Assembly (NCBI GenBank): GCA_964433075.1
Contig: CAYSQK010000001.1
Location: forward strand, 1 to 33,663
Reading direction: 5' to 3'
Source of the DNA: an uncultured Dehalococcoidales bacterium
GTDB taxonomy: Bacteria > Chloroflexota > Dehalococcoidia > Dehalococcoidales > UBA2162
DNA length: 33,663 bases
Under the pieces are notes generated by a model, which was given only the letters and a program-made list of their open reading frames with translations, was not told the DNA's origin and made no database searches. Positions 8,209 through 15,101 of the stretch are shown one piece after another. The first letter of the stretch is position 1, and every line of letters begins with the position of its first letter. A program made the translations under genes and the position numbers.

Positions 8209-8237
8209 ATTATACACCTGCGAAACGATGACGGCAA
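8209..8237 (-). promoter_or_regulatory. Putative promoter of the bicupin-SDR-enolase-cupin operon
   Basis: Reverse strand reads TTGCCG (8237-8232), 17 nt, TATAAT (8214-8209), about 45 nt upstream of the ATG at 8164. Confidence 0.45.
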
Positions 8238-8293
8238 CCCGTAAAAAACGGGTAGGTACGGATAGGAAAAGGTGATACGATAGATACCAGAAT

Positions 8294-9085
8294 ATGACGA
8301 CACTCTTCCTTTGCCACAGTTCCGAATTCGGCCACATTGAAGGAACCGCCGGTCTGTGCCGGGCGAACGGGTACGGCATCGAGGTTTCTGATTTTTCTGA
8401 GGCTGATGTTCTCGGAAATGCGGATGCTGTCGGGACCATCGCCGGCAGTATGTCCGGTATTTCCGGCCGGGCGCTGCATGCTCCTTACCTCGGCCTCGAC
8501 CCGGTCAGTGCCGACCGGTCAGTCGGTAACCGGACGCTCGAAGTGTACCGGCTTGCCTGCGAGACAGCTATTCAGCTCGATATGCATCACATTATCGTGC
8601 ATTCGATTTATGACCCCTCGCAGCATTCTCTCCGGGAATGGTACAGGAAGTCGGTTGCTTTCTGGCGGGCGTTTTTATCCGAAGCTCCGGAATCCGTCAG
8701 GGTGCATATTGAAAATGTCATGGACAGCGGACCTGAAATACTGCTGGATATGATTCGTGAAACCGGTATGCCGAACTGCGATGTCAATCTTGATATCGGT
8801 CATGCCCGCGTGTATTCGGACAAACCGCTGGCGGTGTGGATACGCGTGCTGGGGAGACACATCGGCTATGTCCATCTCCACGATAATCACGGGCAGGCGG
8901 ACGAGCATATCGGACTCGGGCAGGGGAGTATCCCTCTCGATGATGTCTGCCGGATGCTGAAAGACTGCGCTCCTGAATCGGTTTGGGCTGTTGAATCGGG
9001 CGGTATCGGGATGACTCAATCGCTCCGGTGGTTGAACCGTCACGGATTCATCGATGCCGTTTCGGGGCTGGCGGATAACGGCTAG
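8294..9085 (+). CDS. Xylose-isomerase-like TIM-barrel protein (sugar phosphate isomerase/epimerase family)
   Basis: 263-aa ORF with HAPY, HIENV, NLDIGHA and HLHDN...DEH motifs in the spacing typical of the AP-endonuclease-2/xylose-isomerase-like fold. No strong RBS is visible, so the start is uncertain. Confidence 0.7.
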   Translation: MTTLFLCHSSEFGHIEGTAGLCRANGYGIEVSDFSEADVLGNADAVGTIAGSMSGISGRALHAPYLGLDPVSADRSVGNRTLEVYRLACETAIQLDMHHIIVHSIYDPSQHSLREWYRKSVAFWRAFLSEAPESVRVHIENVMDSGPEILLDMIRETGMPNCDVNLDIGHARVYSDKPLAVWIRVLGRHIGYVHLHDNHGQADEHIGLGQGSIPLDDVCRMLKDCAPESVWAVESGGIGMTQSLRWLNRHGFIDAVSGLADNG

Positions 9086-9276
9086 GCTTTGATTTCCTTA
9101 ACTCTCCCTACCTGACCGCTCGTCAGCCGTACCTTGATACCGTGCGGATGTGACGGTGAGTTCGTCAGGATATCTTTGACAATTCCTTCGGTCAGCTTGC
9201 CGGTAGGCTGGTCTTGTTTCAGGACGATGGCTACCCGCAGACCCGGTTTTATGGTGCCTCGTTTCGTTCCGTCCAT
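9082..9276 (-). CDS. ywbE: YwbE-family small protein (DUF2196-like)
   Basis: 64 aa: IKPGLRVAIVLKQDQPTGKLTEGIVKDILTNSPSHPHGIKVRLTSGQVGRV. This is the conserved YwbE pattern. It starts 5 nt after the MFS gene. Confidence 0.8.
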   Translation of the reverse strand: MDGTKRGTIKPGLRVAIVLKQDQPTGKLTEGIVKDILTNSPSHPHGIKVRLTSGQVGRVKEIKA

Positions 9277-9281
9277 ACTGT

Positions 9282-10607
9282 TTAGTGCTCTCTGTTGATG
9301 GCGTGACTGATTCGGTAATTTCGTATCGTATTCGAGAACATCAGGAAACAGACAACGACGACGAGGACGACGCAGGAGAAAACGACGGTGATGCCTTTCG
9401 GTCCTCCCATCAGGTCGGACCCGACGCCGATTATCATATTACCGATGGGCATGAGCACCATGTTCAGGTTGACGACGCTCGTGACCCTGCCCCGTATCTC
9501 GGTGGGGATAGCCAGCTGCATCAATGTCTGATTGGTGACGAGGAAAATTATTTCGAAGAACCCTGAGAGAGCGAGGAACAGCAGGGAGACGAGCAGGGTT
9601 TGGCTCAGGGCGAAGCCTATCAGCGACAGCCCGACCATGAACATCGAACCGAGTTGGAGCAGGCCTCTCCTCTCGAAGCTGCCGAGCGAGGCGGTAACGA
9701 ATCCGCCGAGTATACCGCCGACACCGACGGCTGCCATGAGGAATCCCTGGGTCGTTCCCGAATCATCACCGAATACTTCGGCTGCATAAATCGGCGGCAG
9801 AATTGTATAAATGGGGATAACGAACAGGGGCAGAATGAACCCGAGCAGCATGAAAGTCTGGATAGTCCGATTGCTTTTGATGTACCGGAACCCTTCCTTG
9901 ATATTCTCGATTGCCGAGCCTTCGATAGAAGCGGCTTTCTTTTTCGGAAATTTGATGCCCAGGATGGTAATCATAATGAGGATATAGGCCGACGCCTGGA
10001 TGAGGAAGTTACCGCCGGCACCTGACCAGGCGAGCAGAAAGCCGCCGATAGCCGGCCCGAACGACCGCATGATGCTCCAGCCGGTTTGGATAAGGGCCAT
10101 GCCGTTCGGTGTGTGCGACCGCGGCAGGAGGTCGAACACCATCACCTGACGGAGGGCATTATCGATAGTTCCGGCAAAACCTCCTAAAAATGAAAAAATG
10201 AAAATAAAAACCATTTCGCGGTGCCCGGTAACGAGCAGGAGACCGATGGCGGCGGTAATCGTAAACAGCCAGGAGTTATTGATGATAAGCAACTTGCGGC
10301 GCGACAGCCTGTCGATGAGTATACCGGCAATCGGAATCATGGCAATCGATGATACCGAACGTAACAGGTTGACGGTTCCGACCATCGTTCCCGAGCCGGT
10401 CATGTCGTAGACCAGCCAGCTCAGGGTAACCTGCATCAGCCACTGTGCGGCGTTGGTCAGCGTCGTGCCGACAAACAGCAGACGGAAATCAGGAAATTTC
10501 AGAGACGAGAACGTTCTGACTTTTTGAAGCTTCTGACCGTCGCTTCGGGTATCGGTATCTTCGGATGGTTCATTATTGTCAGAATAGGTATATTGTTTTT
10601 CAGGCAT
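9282..10607 (-). CDS. MFS transporter
   Basis: 441-aa ORF that is highly hydrophobic with about 12 predicted helices. It has the MFS-like loop motif (DRLSRRKLL) and an acidic N-terminal tail. Confidence 0.8.
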   Translation of the reverse strand: MPEKQYTYSDNNEPSEDTDTRSDGQKLQKVRTFSSLKFPDFRLLFVGTTLTNAAQWLMQVTLSWLVYDMTGSGTMVGTVNLLRSVSSIAMIPIAGILIDRLSRRKLLIINNSWLFTITAAIGLLLVTGHREMVFIFIFSFLGGFAGTIDNALRQVMVFDLLPRSHTPNGMALIQTGWSIMRSFGPAIGGFLLAWSGAGGNFLIQASAYILIMITILGIKFPKKKAASIEGSAIENIKEGFRYIKSNRTIQTFMLLGFILPLFVIPIYTILPPIYAAEVFGDDSGTTQGFLMAAVGVGGILGGFVTASLGSFERRGLLQLGSMFMVGLSLIGFALSQTLLVSLLFLALSGFFEIIFLVTNQTLMQLAIPTEIRGRVTSVVNLNMVLMPIGNMIIGVGSDLMGGPKGITVVFSCVVLVVVVCFLMFSNTIRNYRISHAINREH

Positions 10608-10856
10608 ACATTTCCCTGTTTTGTTTTTTTGAATGACCGGATAAACGGGCGGATGGGCACCGAAAGGTCATGTTTCTTTGAGTGTTGCGGCCGGTAGAAT
10701 TACATTCTGCGGTACGGCTACTCTTTTCCATTGTAAACCTGTCAGCCGGATATTGGAAGTTTACATAGAGTACCACTCGGGTATGAACTTGACCCGGAGG
10801 ACAAAAAACTCTTTAATGCAGGGAGAGAATGGTTTAACAGGGAGGAATGCAAGACG

Positions 10857-11819
10857 ATGAGTACACTGATTCTGGACAGGAAAACGGTCAGGAGCCTGCT
10901 GGATATGAAAGACGTTATCCGGAATGTCGAAGACGCCTTCAGAATGTGGGGAGAAGGGAAGGGCAGCATGCCGCCGAAAGCCTACCTCACGGTCGAGAAG
11001 GGCGATTTCCGGGCAATGCCGGCAGCCTTACCCGGCTGTGCCGGAATGAAGTGGGTGAACGCTCATCCGAACAACCGGGGGCACAACCTGCCTTCGGTGA
11101 TGGCGGTGATGATTTACAATGACCCCGCAACCGGTTACCCGCTGGCGATAATGGATGCAACCGACCTTACCGCCTTCCGCACGGGAGCGGCGGCAGCAAT
11201 CGCATCGCGGTACCTTGCCCGGCGTGACGCGAAAACCCTCGGCATCGTCGGCGCGGGGTACCAGGCGTATACCCAGATACTGGCACATGCCGAACTGTTT
11301 TCCTTCGAAGCTGTCAATGTTTACGACATCAATCCTGAAGCGGCGCTGAACCTTTCGGCCATGCTGCCTCAGATTGACATAAATGTATGTTCGATTGAGA
11401 AAGCTGTCACCTCCGATATCGTCTGCACGCTCACGCCCTCACGGCAGCCGATTATCCGGCGGGAGTGGATTATCAACGGCACCCATATCAATGCCGTCGG
11501 GGCAGACGCGGCAGGCAAGCAGGAACTGGAACCGCAGATTCTGAAGGATGCAGTGGTTGTGGTGGACGATATCCGGCAGGCAACCGGCGGCGGGGAAATC
11601 AACGTCCCCATCACCCGGGGTCTTTTCAGTGCCGAAGATGTTCGCGGGACGCTTGCCGATGTCATTCTGGGACGAAAGCAGGGACGGTCGGGAAACAGCC
11701 AGATAACTGTTTTTGACTCGACCGGCATTGCCATCGAGGATATTGCGACCGCCCGGATGGTGTACGAGCGCGCCTTACAAAAGGGAGGATATCCTTCCAT
11801 CGATTTGGTCGAAGCATAA
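10857..11819 (+). CDS. Ornithine cyclodeaminase / mu-crystallin family NAD(P)-dependent enzyme
   Basis: 320-aa ORF. It shows the N-terminal LDRKTVRSLLDMKDVI pattern, LTAFRTGAAAAIASRYLA, the GIVGAGYQA dinucleotide-binding motif, and TVFDSTGIAIED near the C-terminus. Confidence 0.8.
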   Translation: MSTLILDRKTVRSLLDMKDVIRNVEDAFRMWGEGKGSMPPKAYLTVEKGDFRAMPAALPGCAGMKWVNAHPNNRGHNLPSVMAVMIYNDPATGYPLAIMDATDLTAFRTGAAAAIASRYLARRDAKTLGIVGAGYQAYTQILAHAELFSFEAVNVYDINPEAALNLSAMLPQIDINVCSIEKAVTSDIVCTLTPSRQPIIRREWIINGTHINAVGADAAGKQELEPQILKDAVVVVDDIRQATGGGEINVPITRGLFSAEDVRGTLADVILGRKQGRSGNSQITVFDSTGIAIEDIATARMVYERALQKGGYPSIDLVEA

Positions 11820-11849
11820 AAAAAGGGGGCTTCGCGCCCCCTTTTTTTT
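11818..11849. terminator. Bidirectional intrinsic terminator between convergent genes
   Basis: A-run, stem GGGGGC (11825-11830) / GCCCCC (11836-11841), then T8 (11842-11849). Confidence 0.8.
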
Positions 11850-11863
11850 GTATCGCAGTAATG

Positions 11864-12838
11864 TTACTTGAAGCCGTCGCCCTTGACCCAGTCGATTCCC
11901 GGGGCAGCTTTTCCCCAGCCGGCTTCGGCAGCCCCTTTCATGAGGTTGTCTTCCTCCGAGTTCATCTGCTTCTTCATTTCCTCACGCCGTTTCAGCCTGA
12001 GTTCGTTCTGCTTCTTCGTCCCTTCGGGCGTGCAGTAATTGACCCAGCGCATGACCGTATCCCGCATCATCTCTTCGGGATTATCGAACGGCAGGATAAT
12101 CAACTGCTCGTCTTCGATGCCTTTCTTGACGATTTTTGCCAGGTCGACGGGGTCAATGCCGAACGAGTAGTGGTGGCGCATGAATTCGATTGTTTTTTCA
12201 TTGGTGTTATAACCGGTATTGGCCAGTTGTTCCGGACGGGTGAAGGATGACTCGCCGATGTTCGACCGGATGCCGACCGGGCAGAGGCAGGAAACACCGA
12301 TGCCGTACGGCTGAAGCGCTTCGTAGTAGCACTCCATGAGGCCGATGACTGCCATCTTGGCAACCGAGTAGGGGGTGCAGCCGGATGACACCGAGAATCC
12401 GCCCCATGATGCGACACTGAGAATATGCCCGCCTTTACCGGCCTTAATCATGCGGGGTACGAAGGTGACCATGCCGTTAATCACGCCGCCGAGGTCGACG
12501 CCCATTACCCAGTCGAAATCTTCATAGGTCGAAGCCTCGCAGGGGCCGAAAGCATTGACGCCGGCAGTGTTGAAGAGAAGCTGGGGAGGCGTGCCGTAGA
12601 TGTTCTCCACCTCATCGGCTGCGGCGGCGTATGCCTGCCGGTCGGTGATGTCCAGTTTCATGACGTGTACGTCAGCATTTTTCCCGCTGAAATATTTCCT
12701 GGCTTCTTCCAGATGGTCGTCCCTGACATCGGCGATGACCACCTTGCAGCCGGCTTCGGAAAATACCTTAGCCTGTCCGAAACCGGCACCCGAGGCGCCT
12801 CCGGTAATAAATGCTACCTTATCCTTAAAATCTTTCAT
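11864..12838 (-). CDS. SDR-family oxidoreductase with a roughly 90-aa C-terminal extension
   Basis: TGGASGAGFG, NTAG and the catalytic YSVAK. I chose the start at ATG 12838 (MKDFKDKVAFITGG), 7 nt after GGAGG. The track ORF extends to 12892. Confidence 0.8.
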   Translation of the reverse strand: MKDFKDKVAFITGGASGAGFGQAKVFSEAGCKVVIADVRDDHLEEARKYFSGKNADVHVMKLDITDRQAYAAAADEVENIYGTPPQLLFNTAGVNAFGPCEASTYEDFDWVMGVDLGGVINGMVTFVPRMIKAGKGGHILSVASWGGFSVSSGCTPYSVAKMAVIGLMECYYEALQPYGIGVSCLCPVGIRSNIGESSFTRPEQLANTGYNTNEKTIEFMRHHYSFGIDPVDLAKIVKKGIEDEQLIILPFDNPEEMMRDTVMRWVNYCTPEGTKKQNELRLKRREEMKKQMNSEEDNLMKGAAEAGWGKAAPGIDWVKGDGFK

Positions 12839-12952
12839 CATTCCCCTCCATATTCGTGTGAGTAGCGTAATACAAGGAGCCTGAAATTTCAAGTGAAAAC
12901 ATACCGGGGAAGAATCGGACAGGTACCATTTTTCCGGTAATACAGGTAATAT

Positions 12953-12981
12953 TTGTCAAATTCACCCATTCGTATTATTAT
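12953..12981 (+). promoter_or_regulatory. Putative promoter for the NYN/LOTUS gene
   Basis: TTGTCA (12953-12958), 17 nt, TATTAT (12976-12981), in an AT-rich stretch. Confidence 0.35.
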
Positions 12982-13024
12982 AAGATAACATAATATAAAA
13001 CCGCCTAAGGGCAGGAGGAACTCA

Positions 13025-13774
13025 TTGGAGGAACTTACAGGACAGCCGAAATATGCAGTGCTGATTGACGGAGATAACGCGCAGGCATCACTGCTTCCCC
13101 AGGTTCTGACGGAAGTCAGCAAAGCAGGGTTGATTACGATTAAAAGGATTTACGGCGACTGGACGACCACTACCATGAACCAGTGGAAAGATACCCTCCA
13201 TTTGAATGCCATTCAGCCGGTCCAGCAGTTCAGAAATACTGTCGGCAAGAACGCCACCGACAGCGCCATGATTATCGATGCTATGGACCTTCTTCACACC
13301 AATGACCTTCAGGGATTCTGTATCGTCTCGAGTGACAGTGATTACACCAGGCTGGCGACCCGTATCAGGGAAAATGGTCTGTTCGTTATCGGCGTCGGTG
13401 AAAAGAAAACACCAGATGCCTTCGTCAATGCCTGCAATCAGTTCATCTACTGTGAAAATCTCCAGGCAGAAAAAGCTCCCCGGAAGCGGCGGGTTCATCG
13501 AAAAGCCGGTGAGACCGACAGCCAGGAACCGCTCTCGCTCCTGCTTCAGGGTTTCGAAATGGCTTCGAAAGAGGATGAGTGGACCTATCTTGCCACGTTG
13601 GGGAACAGTTTACGCCAGCTTGACCCGGCCTTTGACCCGCGTACCTACGGCTTTCAGAAGCTTCAGTCGCTGCTGCGTAAATATCCGAAAGTCTTTGTCT
13701 TGACCAGTGACAAAACGAAGCGGCCTCCGGTCGTTACCGTCACCCTCAGCCCCAACTATCACAACGGAGCTTAA
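13025..13774 (+). CDS. NYN-domain (LabA/PIN-like) predicted RNase with C-terminal OST-HTH/LOTUS domain
   Basis: 249 aa. TTG start is 6 nt after AGGAGG. The NYN pattern reads YAVLIDGDNA...IKRIYGDW...NATDSAMIIDAMD...FCIVSSDSDYTRLATRIRENG..VIGVG. The C-terminal roughly 75 aa (EWTYLATLGNSLRQLDPAFDPRTYGFQKLQSLL) resemble OST-HTH. Confidence 0.75.
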   Translation: MEELTGQPKYAVLIDGDNAQASLLPQVLTEVSKAGLITIKRIYGDWTTTTMNQWKDTLHLNAIQPVQQFRNTVGKNATDSAMIIDAMDLLHTNDLQGFCIVSSDSDYTRLATRIRENGLFVIGVGEKKTPDAFVNACNQFIYCENLQAEKAPRKRRVHRKAGETDSQEPLSLLLQGFEMASKEDEWTYLATLGNSLRQLDPAFDPRTYGFQKLQSLLRKYPKVFVLTSDKTKRPPVVTVTLSPNYHNGA

Positions 13775-14436
13775 CTGAGGGACGGTTTGTCGAATCGCTT
13801 TTCGTAGGCGCCGTTTGATTTCAACATGGTGTCCCAGTAGTCGGCGGTGACGTCAAGTATCTGCTTCATTTTCTCAGCCATGTTTTCGGTCTGGGGAAAC
13901 CGGTCTTTCCGGGCGATGAGTGCCGTCAGGTCAGGGTCGAATCTACCGCTGTTTCCGAACCCTTTTCCCAGTTCGTAAAAGAGGTCGAACAGCTTCTGCG
14001 TGTTTTCAGGAGCCATCGACTGAATCCCTTCGATACCGCCGCGGGTGGCGATGCCCAGCAACGGTGCATCGAGCCGCTTTGCCAGCTTCTCCAGATACGC
14101 GGCCAGGGCTTTCCCGTGGATACCTTCGTGGAATCCGTACTGGACGATGAACGCCACGGGCGGATTGCCGGGGCGTCCGCGTAACGGCGCGAGGCATTCG
14201 ATGAAGTGTTTCACCTGTGCCGGCGTCGTATCTGTGTACATCGGAAATGCAAGCAGCACGGTTTCAGCCTGACGGAAGGTTTCGGCAAGCTCCCGGTGTT
14301 CGTTGACCCTGTTCAGGTAAAACAAATCGTAAGTATTACCCTCTGTTTCGCAGAAGCCTCTCACAAATTGCTCGAGGAGAATTTTCGTATTGCTGCCGGT
14401 TCCTCTCGGCGAGCCGTTAAAGACAGTTAATTTCAT
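13771..14436 (-). CDS. Flavodoxin-like-fold NAD(P)H-dependent FMN reductase family protein
   Basis: 221 aa beginning MKLTVFNGSPRGTGSNT (beta1 plus FMN-phosphate loop). RBS GAGGAGG is 6 nt before the ATG. It overlaps the upstream Isf gene by 20 nt. Confidence 0.7.
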   Translation of the reverse strand: MKLTVFNGSPRGTGSNTKILLEQFVRGFCETEGNTYDLFYLNRVNEHRELAETFRQAETVLLAFPMYTDTTPAQVKHFIECLAPLRGRPGNPPVAFIVQYGFHEGIHGKALAAYLEKLAKRLDAPLLGIATRGGIEGIQSMAPENTQKLFDLFYELGKGFGNSGRFDPDLTALIARKDRFPQTENMAEKMKQILDVTADYWDTMLKSNGAYEKRFDKPSLS

Positions 14437-14971
14437 CGATGACCTCCTCGACGGGTTCGGTGGTCAGGCGAGAGAAAACGACCTTCGAATGGAAGTTGAT
14501 AACGAGCCTTCGGTAAATGGTATCGATTATTGAGAGGTCTTCATCATCCGTGTCCTCTTCCGGTTGAAGGAGGATTCCGGTCAGCGGGTAGTGCTCATAC
14601 CGCGGGTCGTGGTGCTGCTCGCCCTGGTAGATACCGATGTAGGGCAGCACCAGGGGTACCAGTTTGTCCTGGGCTTTTTTAAGCAGCGAACTGGTGAAGC
14701 CCATGATGACCGGCGAGGCAAAAATCATCAGGCCTGAGGCAATGATGTCTTTCCGGATTTGGACGGAGTCATCGTCTCCCATCGAACAGGTTCCCGGCGT
14801 TTTACCCCAGCAGCCGAAGCAGCCGGTGCAGTAGCGGATGTCCATGTCTCTCAGGGTAAACAGGACAGTTTCGTGACCGCCGGCTTCGAGTTTCTCAGCG
14901 AGGCGTGCCAGGTACCCGTCGAAACCGTTATCTGCTGCATCCGGATTGCCGTTCAGGATGGTTATTTTCAT
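14417..14971 (-). CDS. Iron-sulfur flavoprotein (Isf-like, flavodoxin fold with compact 4-Cys motif)
   Basis: The start chosen is ATG 14971 (MKITILNGNP...). The Cys motif CTGCFGCWGKTPGTC (C-x2-C-x2-C-x7-C, nt 14786-14830) matches the Isf-type [4Fe-4S] motif. The 76-aa upstream extension in the track ORF has no fold-like sequence and would overlap the divergent gene. Confidence 0.7.
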   Translation of the reverse strand: MKITILNGNPDAADNGFDGYLARLAEKLEAGGHETVLFTLRDMDIRYCTGCFGCWGKTPGTCSMGDDDSVQIRKDIIASGLMIFASPVIMGFTSSLLKKAQDKLVPLVLPYIGIYQGEQHHDPRYEHYPLTGILLQPEEDTDDEDLSIIDTIYRRLVINFHSKVVFSRLTTEPVEEVIDEINCL

Positions 14972-14977
14972 GCCGGC

Positions 14978-15006
14978 ATTATAGCAAAACGGGACTGCGG
15001 CAACAA
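14978..15006 (-). promoter_or_regulatory. Putative promoter giving a leaderless Isf transcript
   Basis: Reverse strand reads TTGTTG (15006-15001), 17 nt, TGcTATAAT (-10 at 14983-14978), then 6 nt (GCCGGC) to the ATG at 14971. No RBS is present. Confidence 0.45.
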
Positions 15007-15026
15007 CGGCGCTTTTGGTGCGCGAA

Positions 15027-15055
15027 TTGAAAAACTCCTGAAAAACTGGTATATA
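15027..15055 (+). promoter_or_regulatory. Putative promoter for the URO-D-family gene
   Basis: TTGAAA (15027-15032), 17 nt, TATATA (15050-15055), preceded by TGG (extended -10). Confidence 0.45.
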
Positions 15056-15101
15056 AGGCAGAAAGAACCGGTAAAAAGAACAGGAGGGAATCGTTTCGCA
15101 A

